DNA from: Eledone cirrhosa
Lineage: Eukaryota
Reading direction: 5' to 3'
Length of the DNA stretch: 64,000 nucleotides
Assembly (NCBI GenBank): GCA_964016885.1
Contig: OZ024750.1
Span: forward strand, 2,542,001 to 2,606,000
Shown here: positions 1-12,260 of the stretch, piece after piece
Numbering within the stretch: the first letter of the stretch is position 1
Layout of the letters: each line of letters begins with the position of its first letter
Program-made: the position numbers and the translations under genes
The notes under the pieces: model-generated
What the model saw: only the letters and a program-made list of their open reading frames with translations
Told to the model about the DNA's origin: nothing
The model's database searches: none

Positions 1-182
1 AGAAATACAATGAGAGAGAGACTGTGTGTGAAATACAGATAGATATCACCATAGTAACTAACTACACAATGGCAAACCATTACAATAACACCGAATTGGT
101 CAGCTACCCCCAAACCAAGTCTATCCTTTATTCTCTTGAGTTCACTGTAATCCTGTCACCTTATATAACCAATTTTGCAGTC

Positions 183-258
183 AACACCTGATGAAATTGT
201 CTGAGTCTTGCATCACAGTTGGATGATGAAACTGAGCCACTGAAATACGTATAGTGTT
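183..258 (+). ncRNA. Type I hammerhead ribozyme motif (long degenerate stem II), Penelope-like remnant
   Basis: AACAC-CTGATGA-(47 nt)-GAAA-TACGTA-TA-GTGTT. Stem I is AACAC/GUGUU, stem III is the palindrome ATACGTAT, and the site is AUA. Stem II pairs poorly. Confidence 0.6.
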
Positions 259-489
259 TTCACAAATTAAAAATTTAGAGAATGTTTCCCATTTGGCCTT
301 CTGTTGTTTTTAAATAAGTCATCATCATCATCGTTTAACGTAATAACTTTTTTATTTTTTATTTTCTTTGTACTTTTCCTTTTGTGTTTTTCCTGATGAA
401 GGGCAAATGCACAATACGTTGTCTATGTAACTCATTCTCCTTTCTCCAAGCGTGAAACTAATACACTTCATATTATTACATCCTTTTGT

Positions 490-3400
490 TTTTTCCTACC
501 AAATTCCATTCACAAGGTATTTGTAAAAGTGAGGCTATGATGTAAAACTGGGGCTATGATGTAAAACTGGGGCTATGATGTAAAACTGAGGCTATGATGT
601 AAAACTGAGGCTATGATGTAAAACTGAGGCTAAGATGTAAAACTGAGGCTATGATGTAAAAGTGAGGCTATGATGTAAAAAAAACTGAGGCTATGATGTA
701 AAACTGAGGCTATGATGTAAAACTGGGGCTATGATGTAAAACTGAGGCTATGATGTAAAAGTGAGGCTATGATGTAAAACTGAGGCTATGATCTAAAACT
801 GAGGCTATGATGTAAAACTGAGGCTATGATGTAAAACTGGAGCTATGATGTAAAACTGAGGCTATGATGTAAAACTGAGGCTATGATGTAAAACTGAGGC
901 TATGATGTAAAACTGAGGCTATGATGTAAAACTGGGGCTATGATGATAAACTGAGGCTATGATGTAAAACTGAGGCTATGATGTAAAACTGAGGCTATGA
1001 TGTAAAACTGAGGCTATGATGTAAAACTGAGGCTATGATGTAAAACTGAGGCTATGATGTAAAACTGGGGCTATGATGTAAAAGTGAGGCTATGATGTAA
1101 AACTGGGGCTATGATGTAAAACTGAGGCTATGATGTAAAACTGAGGCTATGATGTAAAACTGGGGCTATGATGTAAAACTGGGGCTATGATGTAACACTG
1201 GGGCTATGATGTAAAACTGGGGCTATGATGTAAAAGTGAGGCTATGATGTAAAACTGGGGCTATGATGTAAAAGTGAGCCTATGATGTAAAACTGGGGCT
1301 ATGATGTAAAACTGGGGCTATGATGTAAAACTGGGGCTATGATGTAAAAGTGAGGCTATGATGTAAAACTGAGGCTATGATGTAAAACTGAGGATATGAT
1401 GTAAAACTGAGGCTATGATGTAAAACTGAGGCTATGATGTAAAAGTGAGGCTATGATGTAAAAGTGAGGCTATGATGTAAAACTGAGGCTATGATGTAAA
1501 ACTGAGGCTATGATGTAAAAGTGAGGCTATGATGTAAAACTGAGGCTATGATGTAAAACTGAGGCTATGACGTAAAACTGAGGCTATGACGTAAAACTGA
1601 GGCTATGATGTAAAACTGAGGCTATGATGTAAAAGTGAGGCTATGATGTAAAACTGAGGCTATGATGTAAAACTGAGGCTATGACGTAAAACTGAGGCTA
1701 TGATGTAAAACTGAGGCTATGATGTAAAACTGGGGCTATGATGTAAAACTGGGGCTATGATGTAAAACTGAGGCTATGACGTAAAACTGAGGCTATGATG
1801 TAAAACTGAGGCTATGACGTAAAACTGAGGCTATGATGTAAAACTGGGGCTATGATGTAAAACTGAGGCTATGATGTAAAACTGGGGCTATGATGTAAAA
1901 CTGGGGCTATGATGTAAAACTGGGGCTATGATGTAAAACTGGGGCTATGATGTAAAAGTGAGGCTATGATGTAAAACTGGGGCTATGATGTAAAAGTGAG
2001 CCTATGATGTAAAACTGGGGCTATGATGTAAAACTGGGGCTATGATGTAAAACTGGGGCTATGATGTAAAAGTGAGGCTATGATGTAAAACTGAGGCTAT
2101 GATGTAAAACTGAGGCTATGATGTAAAACTGAGGCTATGATGTAAAACTGAGGCTATGATGTAAAAGTGAGGCTATGATGTAAAAGTGAGGCTATGATGT
2201 AAAACTGAGGCTATGATGTAAAACTGAGGCTATGATGTAAAAGTGAGGCTATGATGTAAAACTGAGGCTATGACGTAAAACTGAGGCTATGACGTAAAAC
2301 TGAGGCTATGACGTAAAACTGAGGCTATGATGTAAAACTGAGGCTATGATGTAAAAGTGAGGCTATGATGTAAAACTGAGGCTATGATGTAAAACTGAGG
2401 CTATGACGTAAAACTGAGGCTATGATGTAAAACTGAGGCTATGATGTAAAACTGGGGCTATGATGTAAAACTGGGGCTATGATGTAAAACTGAGGCTATG
2501 ACGTAAAACTGAGGCTATGATGTAAAACTGAGGCTATGATGTAAAACTGAGGCTATGATGTAAAACTGGGGCTATGATGTAAAACTGAGGCTATGATGTA
2601 AAACTGGGGCTATGATGATAAACTGAGGCTATGATGTAAAACTGAGGCTATGATGTAAAACTGAGGCTATGATGTAAAACTGAGGCTATGATGTAAAACT
2701 GAGGCTATGATGTAAAACTGAGGCTATGATGTAAAACTGGGGCTATGATGTAAAACTGAGGCTATGATGTAAAACTGAGGCTATGATGTAAAACTGAGGC
2801 TATGATGTAAAACTGAGGCTATGATGTAAAACTGAGGCTATGATGTAAAACTGGGGCTATGATGTAAAAGTGAGGCTATGATGTAAAACTGGGGCTATGA
2901 TGTAAAACTGAGGCTATGATGTAAAACTGAGGCTATGATGTAAAACTGGGGCTATGATGTAAAACTGGGGCTATGATGTAAAACTGGGGCTATGATGTAA
3001 AACTGGGGCTATGATGTAAAAGTGAGGCTATGATGTAAAACTGGGGCTATGATGTAAAAGTGAGCCTATGATGTAAAACTGGGGCTATGATGTAAAACTG
3101 GGGCTATGATGTAAAACTGGGGCTATGATGTAAAAGTGAGGCTATGATGTAAAACTGAGGCTATGATGTAAAACTGAGGCTATGATGTAAAACTGAGGCT
3201 ATGATGTAAAACTGAGGCTATGATGTAAAAGTGAGGCTATGATGTAAAAGTGAGGCTATGATGTAAAACTGAGGCTATGATGTAAAACTGAGGCTATGAT
3301 GTAAAAGTGAGGCTATGATGTAAAACTGAGGCTATGATGTAAAACTGAGGCTATGACGTAAAACTGAGGCTATGACGTAAAACTGAGGCTATGATGTAAA

Positions 3401-3766
3401 ACTGAGGCTATGATGTAAAAGTGAGGCTATGATGTAAAACTGAGGCTATGATGTAAAACTGAGGCTATGACGTAAAACTGAGGCTATGATGTAAAACTGA
3501 GGCTATGATGTAAAACTGGGGCTATGATGTAAAACTGGGGCTATGATGTAAAACTGAGGCTATGACGTAAAACTGAGGCTATGATGTAAAACTGAGGCTA
3601 TGACGTAAAACTGAGGCTATGATGTAAAACTGGGGCTATGATGTAAAACTGAGGCTATGATGTAAAACTGGGGCTATGATGATAAACTGAGGCTATGATG
3701 TAAAACTGAGGCTATGACGTAAAACTGAGGCTATGATGTAAAACATTTGCTCACTGCACCGCAGTT
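490..3766 (-). mobile_element. SINE copy interrupted by the 19-bp minisatellite
   Basis: Left flank cctaccaaattccattcacaagg and right flank catttgctcactgcaccgcagt are colinear with the SINE copy at ~34950-35055 (tctaccaaatctcattcacaa...agctatagtagaaaacactttccaagg). Confidence 0.6.
522..3744. repeat. 19-bp minisatellite (TGTAAAACTGAGGCTATGA)n, about 169 units
   Basis: Read directly. Variants are ctgggg/ctgagg, aaaagt, gacgt, gagcc and gataaa. Confidence 0.99.
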
Positions 3767-3837
3767 GTAAAGAACCTCGTTGTGAAGTTAACTTGTTAAT
3801 TACATAGCTGTGCCTACATGGAAAATGGACATAAAAT

Positions 3838-3853
3838 GATGATGATGATGATG

Positions 3854-3890
<37 letters not shown>

Positions 3891-4161
3891 TGTGTGCGCG
3901 CGTGTGCGTGTGTGTATGTGTGTGCGAGTGTGAGTGTGTGTGAGTGTGTGTGTGTATATGTGTGCGAGTGTGTGTGTGCGAGTGTGTGTGTGCAAGTGTG
4001 TGTGAGTGTGTGTGTGTGTACGAGTGTGTGTGCGAGTGTGTGTGTGCGTGTGTGTATGTGTGTGCGAGTGTGTGTGAGTGCGAGTGTGTGTGTGTGTGTA
4101 TGTGTGTGTGTGTGTGCGAGTGTGTGTGAGTGTGTGCGTGTGCGAGTGTGTGTGTATGTGT
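3838..4161. repeat. (GAT)n followed by degenerate (GT)n microsatellite
   Basis: Read directly. Confidence 0.97.
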
Positions 4162-5012
4162 AAGGATTATGAAAACAAATTAAACTGAAAAACTGGCATT
4201 CATCAAGGATAGAATGAAAACAATACCTTAATTAAAATGTGTATTATCCCTGTAATATGACAAGTTTAATTAAGCTGCTGTTTTTATTGTTGTATGTTTG
4301 AAGTAACCAATCTATTATAGTCAGAGGAAAACTCTTCACTCGTTGCAATCTAAGTCAAGCTCTATTGTGGATCAATTTTGCTACTCATCCTAAAACAAAT
4401 TATTTTATCAGTTTTCAGGGTAGAAAAAAATGAAGCTCACCCATAAAAGCCTCAAGCTGGTGACCTTTGATGACTGACAAAAAGCAACCTAGTTAACTGC
4501 TAGAAAAGACCTAAAGATGGGTGCATTACATATGATCCCAATAAATTAATCAATTATCAAAAATATTAGGAGCTACAATATAAAATGGATTTCATTTGAA
4601 TACTGTATAACTTGGGTTTACGCCAGAATGTAGAATCGCTATTTTAATATCACTACTGAGAGAATTACAAAAGATGTTATAGGCTAAAAATTGGTGTTTA
4701 CTAAGCTTCAAAGGGGTACTATACTTTGTTGTTTAGTGAACAACAAAAGCTTAGTGCCAGTTAATGGCTTCTAATGACTGTTGAAGCTCTTAAATGAAGA
4801 TATAAAAATAGGTTCAGATCACCTGTAAATTATATAAAATATTGAATGTAAAAATATGTATATACCAAGTCCGTCTTTAAGCCTTCTTTTCATCGGGTCG
4901 AGTTGAAGAAGACTAGCAAAGACTTGTGAAGAAGTAAAGTGATTGTTATAAGACATGTTATACACTATCTGATTTATATGGAAAATATCCAATAGTTGTC
5001 TAAAGTGAAGTC

Positions 5013-5240
5013 TTAACCCTTTAGAATTCACAATACTCTATATATACTATTATATTTTCATGGTAAAGGCTTTATCTCACATAATTATCTCACATAATAT
5101 CGAATCTATGAGATTTTGAAAGTATTTATTTTGAAAATAATACCTTAACATCAGTTTGAGCGACCAGTTGCGGCCAGTTTCAACAGAAGGAGGTAGAGAA
5201 TTCTGGCCAGTTTTGGCCGGTTTGAACATTAAAGGGTTAA
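5013..5240. mobile_element. piggyBac-type MITE (TTAA-flanked)
   Basis: TTAA-CCCTTT...AAAGGG-TTAA ends. A homologous full-length copy lies at 32094-32311. Confidence 0.85.
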
Positions 5241-6339
5241 ACAGTGTCATGCTTACAATAATTATATAAGTCGTCAATAGAAAGTTTAAATCTTTAGGTT
5301 TCTCTTATTGTAATTCACAAATGTTATCCAAGTGACACATCATGAAAACTATTTTTTACATCAAGCAGGTAATCACCTTAAATAGGCCTGCCTATGTACA
5401 TGCAGGTAAAATACATGTAATATCACATTAGCATGACAATTATATGACAGACTAGCTAAATAGATACAGATATTGACAAAATCAGTTTAGATATTAATAA
5501 TAGAGAACAAGACAAGTATTACTTCAAACATGACTGATAAATCCCATTAGTCATTTATGTTTGTAGTTTCTAAATTCCATTTGCAATGCAACAGCTCATT
5601 GATGGTGGTGTTACACTAGTTATAAAGTTGCTATGAGGATTAGCATGATTTAGTAGTGTTGACAGTATGAGAGATATTAGATGTTGAAATATTAGCAGCA
5701 GTTGGAGAAATTGATGATGTTGACCTGTTATAAACATTACTACAGGGGATCACATGATCAAACAGCAGTTCTACAGGAAATGGAGATGATGGAGATATTG
5801 GTGATGTCAACCCATTGATGGCATTATCATAACAGATGTTCTTGGGAAGGATATTTAGGAACTATTTGTTCAATTGATGCTAACTGAACTATATCATCTT
5901 CACATTTAATCTAAGCTGTATATACCAGCATAAATTAGATAATGTGTATCTGTGGGAAATTTCTTTATATTGTTCTTGTAATGAACCATTTGACCAATCT
6001 TGTAAAAAGGTTTACAACTACATTTGATTGTCAAGTAATTTCTCAACTGGTAATAATTTAGATGCACTGCAGTGGTTGAACAGAACCTTTATCAAATACT
6101 CATCAAACTTTCCAATTGATAAACTGCTACCTTTTAATAGACTCCATTGTTTCCAAAGTTCTTTCTACTGCTTCATTTGATTTTGAAGTATAGTGGAACT
6201 TCAAATGTATTTGCAACCAAGTTTCATTTAACTAGTATTTTAACTAAATTAATTCTGGAACTAAAATACAACTAGAACTTCGCTGTAACATTGACTAAAT
6301 AATTTAGTCTAATAATGGGCCACAGCAATATGAGCATCA

Positions 6340-6545
6340 TAATGGTTTCTGATTTAGGAACAATGCCAACAATTTGGAGGAGGTGAAAGTTAATTAAATC
6401 GACCCCAGTGTATAACTGGTACTTTCTTGAAAGGCAAAGCTAACCTCAGCAGGATTTGAACTCAGAATGTAAATTGTTATAACTCTATGCCGTGAAGCAG
6501 GGGCTTCAATGAATGCTCTACCGATTCTGCCAATCCACCGCTCTA
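6340..6545 (-). mobile_element. tRNA-derived SINE (family 1)
   Basis: Shares gaccccagtg..ctggtac, aaggcaaag and ggatttgaactcaga (B-box on the minus strand) with copies at 25.3, 35.2 and 62.9-63.5 kb. Confidence 0.8.
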
Positions 6546-7082
6546 AATATTAGCATTGATATGACAAACCAAGAAGATACAATAAACAGATGTAGATCCA
6601 TAACATTTACAATAAAACAAACTACTATCTTGGATACTATAAATGTATCAAAAACGAAATGCAATTTTGTACTAAAATGTAAATTGAGGTTCGTGTTTAA
6701 CAGTGGTAGCATATAACAAACTTTCTAGTAACAAAATAAAAGCATTTTTAAATAAACTAATTTACAGTATTGTAGTATTGAGAAAATATATCAATGTTTA
6801 ATGTTTGTAAGAATACAGCAACAGAATAGTATCAATCAAAACCTATTTGGTATACCCTAAAGGTTTCTTTCTTATGTAAAATTGATATGGATTACCAAGA
6901 TACATATTATAATGCTACAATAATATAATTTATATAAACTTCCATATAGAAATTTGACTGCAAAGTTATTGATTAAAGTTTCATTCATGTAACCAGTGAT
7001 TGATTTTTTCTTCTAGATGCACTGTATATCCATATCCATCCAGTTATTTTCAATCCACTGCAGAATGAAACCTCAGCAACTA

Positions 7083-7124
<42 letters not shown>

Positions 7125-9406
7125 TCGTATATACATCACAGTAATAGATAGGTCACACCTCTTTTGTCTTTAGAATATTTTAGATTCAGCCTTTAACCCA
7201 CACATAAGTCACATGTCACTTTATGTAAATACTGTTTGCAAGTTTGCTGGCAGTTACATTTAAATAAAAAAAATAAAATCATTTAGCCAAAAATAATTCC
7301 AATCATTGCTAATATAGTCAAGCAAACCATTTATATAGAAATATGTTTCTATGCTTAGAATGAACAGATTAACCAGGGCTTATAAGTCCACCCCTTATTG
7401 ACAATATATGTAGCATGGACATTAGGAATATAGCTGGCTAATAGAAAACTCTATATATGTTTCACACATGTGGAAGTAATTTTTTGTGAAATGTCATCAA
7501 CATATATTTGTTTAGAACACCAATATACATATAGATGGAGTAGCGACATGACCAACTCACTCTATGTACTCAATCGCACATAAGTGGGTGTGTTTAAGTA
7601 TGTGTGCCTCCCAGAGTAATTAAAAAACCAAAGCCTTTTTTATTTTTGTAATCACCATAAAAAATTTCAAGAAAATATTATTTATTTCAGAATATTGCTA
7701 ATAAAATATATTGGGATATCTTTTATCAAAATCATATTTGTGTAGTTAAAATGACTTTGGTTATTCAGATACAATTTCCTTTGTAGATTATCTACTTGGC
7801 AAGCACCTTCATCTATCATTACATTTCCCCCATTAGTTTTTGTCCAGGTAAAACACCATCAGAGCCAAAGTAAACATGGCTTCAATTGAATGATCAAAGT
7901 TGGCAAACAGACTTTTATTGCAAAATCAATTATAGGAAGGACATGAATGATATTAGTAAAACTACAAAACTACCCTTTGTTCTAACAATCATGCAATGCA
8001 TCGAAATATTCTGTAACATATAAGATAATATACATAGCAAAGACACAAGATAAACACTGTTTAGCAAAGAGAGGATATTTGGGAAAAGTCTTGTTTTAAA
8101 GAATTACTAGCCAATAAAGACACAGACAAAATCATAATTTCTTTTTGTCAAAATAAATCAATATCTGTAGAAATATTATAGGGAAATAATCTAAAATAAT
8201 TTCCAAGGGTATTTTTTTTTTTCAACTGATTCTTTATATAATATCGAAAGTAGTAACTAGATTTTATGTAGTTGGCTATAGTTTTCTTGATGGTAGAAGA
8301 TACTGCTTTTCAAAAGGTATTCTTCTTGATTTCTTTTCTGTACGCTATTGCACATCGAGCTGTGTTTGAATGGTTCCAGTAACATCTCTTTTTTTTATGA
8401 AAAGAGATTACTAGCCTCTCACTCAACCCTTCTCCATTTCTGTAGAAACAGATGCTATGAGTAGTTTCTCTATGACTCTTCCAATGATAAAATGTAACTA
8501 ATTCTAATGAAAGGCAAAGTTGGTCTCATCAGGAATTGAACTCAGAATGCAGAGAACTAGAATACTACAAGGTATTCTTTCTTAGCCAATTTATTGGTTT
8601 ATTTTTGTGAAAAGATAGAGGTTTATAAAAATGGAAAGACATAGGCAGTTCCAGAGAAATTCAACTTTGTTGGAGAAACATTGTGTATATTAATTTGGTG
8701 CAAGTGGATACACAGGAAACATCTTTACCGAAATTGGAATATATGCAGTTAATAAAATCAGAGGAGCAAAAACTGTAGTAGTAATGGTAAAAGAAGAGCA
8801 TAATCATGTCAAGAGAGAATATATTTCTGAATGAATTGGGTGAAAGGAACAACCATTTGGTAAAGTGTTAATGCTTCAAAAAAGAGAAAATTCCAGCTTT
8901 ATTCAAGAATTGTTATTCAATTTCTAAGAACTTTCTGAACAGTTTCAATCATACTTTACCTAAATCTCATGTCAAACCTTGTCAGATGTCTGGCTTATAT
9001 TATAAATGACTTTTCACTTACTGTCTCACTTGGCATTGGACCAAGTATGAAGCATACAAGAAGTTACTAATAGACCAAGCTCTGGTGCTGCAAAAAGATT
9101 CAAGGTATTTACTGTGATTTTGTATAGCAAGTGACTTGATCTAAGATGATGTGTTGAAACTGAAGCAATTGTATCGTGGTAGAGTCATTTATTTAGTCAA
9201 AACTTTTGTTGCATTACTGTGATCTGATCACTGACATGATTCCACTGCAGCAGTTTCAAAATTAGTTATGAAGGGTTCTTATAAGCCACAAAGTCTTTTT
9301 TCTTTTACCTTGTTAAGTTTATAGACATATGAGTATAACTATTCCTATTTTCATAACTTGAAAAGGGAGCCTATCTTTTTGGTAGTTTTAGATTCATGGG
9401 CTGAAT

Positions 9407-9625
9407 TTAACCCGTGTGTTATCATAGTTCAAATGAAAGACATAATTAAGAATTTGGTTGGATTTAGTAATATAACTAACTTCCTCATTAAGATAATCTT
9501 TGTATCATAACTTATCAAAGGTTCTTACATAAAATTATCATGGAATATTTAAAAATATAAATGCTGTAAAACAAACATCATAAAACCAAAGGAGGTTTCA
9601 GGTAGTTTGGTATCAAAAGGGTTAA
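9407..9625. mobile_element. piggyBac-type MITE, second family
   Basis: TTAA-CCC...ggtatcaaaaGGG-TTAA. A matching end (cccttttgatacca) occurs at ~62911. Confidence 0.65.
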
Positions 9626-10784
9626 TTACAGATACAATGTTAAAATAAAAAGTAAAATTTCACAAACTAAACATATACAGCTGTCTTCTTGAGAAATCAT
9701 ATAAGGATGTATGCTAGTCTAGTAAACTATTTTTAAAATACTCAAAAATACACATTTCAAAGGTAGATTTTCTACTAAGTGACTATCAGGTAACAAAACT
9801 TGACTAATGAGTAATTGGAAATACAAAATTGGTCAGAATATAAACAAATTTTCAGCTATCAATTAAGTTTCTAGTTTTCCTAGATTAAAGAAATGCATAA
9901 CCTTCTTTTTCTTTTCTTTTTTCATCTTTGCATCTTTTAGTTTTAACTAATTCTCTGAAATTACAAGCAACTATTTTCATCTGGCATAATCCTACTTTAG
10001 TTGCTGTCAATCACATATTTATAGAGCTCAATTCTCAGGTTATTCTCTTTGTAATTCTATGCAGTTGCATCTTTCCAATTTAATATGGCACATGATATCT
10101 CTAATATTGAAATATCTTCTAAGCATAACTAAGCTTAGACTGTCTTCTTGAATCAGAAACTGTCAATCTCATGCCATCCAAGATTCTTAAAGTTATAGTG
10201 AAAAACATACGAAACACAACATTTTTGTACTACATTGGGATTTTTTATATAGCATCATTTTAATACTGTGTGTGTGTCTGTCCATGTGTGTGTCTGTACG
10301 TGTGTGTGTGTACGTGTGTGTGTGTGTGTCCGTGTGTGTGTGTCCAATTCCAAAAAATTAGGTGCCTCTGATTTTACCCAGTTTGTTTGATTGATTGACT
10401 GCTTGACTGTATGCTGTATATCTACGGAACTAGTGGAACTATGAAGTATAAACTGTTTACCAATAATTACTAAGCAAAACAAACACTAAAATATTCAGAC
10501 CCATAGGAACATAGCAATATAAAATGTTTCAGATAGTTATGGCTATTTAATTCAAATATTGGCCACATATGTGAAGATATATCTCCTTTTGTTTTCATTT
10601 TATCAACTATTTATATAATATTTGGTCAAATATTTCTTGATAGTCTAACAAAATGGGAAAGGGTGTACATTGAATACAACTGTGCTTGATTTAGTATTGT
10701 CTTAGCTTCTCCACCCTTATCTTAAATTTCTTGAATTAACAACTTATAAATACTCTACTTTGTATTCAATAGTATTGAAGACGT

Positions 10785-11045
10785 ATAGTTTAGTAGTTAG
10801 GGTGTTCAGCTCATGATTGTAAGGTCATGAGTTTGATTCTTGGTGGCACATTGTGTTCTTGAGCAAGACACTTTATTTCACGTTGTTTCAGTTCATTCAG
10901 TTGGCAAAAATGAAATGGCCAGCCCTGTCATACAGTGTTACACTGAATCTCCCTGAGGATACACGTGACAGTGGAATGCTCAGCTATTTTCCCGGTAACT
11001 TCACAAGCAGGTTGTTCCACTTGTTGTTGGAAGTGACAGAGGATC
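10785..11045 (+). mobile_element. tRNA-derived SINE (family 2)
   Basis: A/B-box-like head (tagtttagtagttagg...gagtttgattc) then ttcttgagcaagacacttt. The body is homologous to 22810-23000. Confidence 0.7.
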
Positions 11046-11166
11046 AACACAGTCAATAATCCTAACATTTTTTTAGACATTAGATTAACACAAAATCTAG
11101 GAACAAAATAAAAACAGATATTTTTTAACTGTAAAAGTAAGGATTATTAACAAATCTAGTCGGCAT

Positions 11167-11167
<1 letters not shown>

Positions 11168-11222
<55 letters not shown>
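11168..11222. repeat. (TAA)n microsatellite
   Basis: Read directly. Confidence 0.97.
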
Positions 11223-11224
<2 letters not shown>

Positions 11225-11759
11225 CATATCAATTTTAAAAACAAAAACAAAAATATATATTAAAGCTTATATTGGGTTAAATAAAATATAAAACTCAAAT
11301 TATTAATCAGTATTGTAGAAAAACAGGATACTCTATTGTAAATATGAAGATAGGACTCTTTGAATGTGGATAAAAACTATCAAAATCAGTTGAAATAATG
11401 TAGGCTTCAAAATAAACATAACCTATATTTATAAACTAAATATCAATGGCTATAAGCATAAAAATTGAAATAACAACAGGATGTCTTGAAATTTTCAAAA
11501 CTGTAACAAATAATTACAGATTAGTAAATTCACCACAACATAGAAACATCAATTCCCTTTTAAAATCTGAAATAAATTCCTGTTAAATACTCTTTTTTTT
11601 TTTTTTTTCAAGGTTAAACAATAATAAAAATTATAGAAAAGGCCTGTCATATATGTCCATGTTTAAATATGATAATTAGCCCTGATTCCCTCAAGGAAGT
11701 GGTCCTGCTCAATATGTAGAAAAGGAGTAGGCATAAACTCTAAAGATGTACACAATGTA

Positions 11760-12260
11760 AATGTTGGGTACACAAGAGATGTAGTGGGATAACAGGTAGA
11801 CTAACAGGAAAGACTTTGTATGTAGAAGGTAGACAGGTGTAATTGAGGGGAAGAACATCAGTGATATAAACCTTTTCCAGTTACAGTCCATAGAAGTGGT
11901 TGATAGCTTCTGCTATCTAGATGACGTAATTAGCAGCAGAGGAGGGTGCTCTGAGAGCATAACAGCTAAAATAAGGATAGGATGGAAGTTTAGTGAGCTA
12001 CTCCCACTGTTGACAATAAAAGGTTTCTCCCTACACACAAAAGGCTGGCTGTATGACGCCTGTGTGCAAAGTGTGATGCTGCATGGCAGTGAAACATGGG
12101 CACTAACAGCAGAGGACATGTGTAGAATGGGGAGAAATGAAGCAACCATGCTTCATTGGATGTGCAATGTAAATGTAAGAATTTGGGTTTAAGAAGAATC
12201 TGAAGTGGTGTGCAAGACGAGACTGCATTGGTACAGAAATGTAATGTGCATGGATGATAT
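11760..12260 (+). mobile_element. RTE-clade LINE 3' fragment (decayed)
   Basis: Translation VDSFCYLDDVISSRGGCSESITAKIRIGW...LYDACVQSVMLHGSETWALT...RNEATMLHWMC is the typical RTE post-RT domain. It carries stops and deletions. Confidence 0.9.

Noticed and set aside
392-470. CTGATGA motifs at ~393 (+) and ~34506 (-) as hammerheads
   Set aside because: No correctly placed GAAA...NUH with a paired stem I, so they are at best truncated remnants.
522-3744. CRISPR-like appearance of the 19-bp and 79-bp repeats
   Set aside because: The units are head-to-tail with no unique spacers, there are no cas genes, and the context is eukaryotic.
4819-5031. ORF ending ...MKRRLKDGLG as an alternative first exon
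   Set aside because: Its start lies inside a MITE, and the only donor is phase 1, which is incompatible with the expected phase-0 junction.
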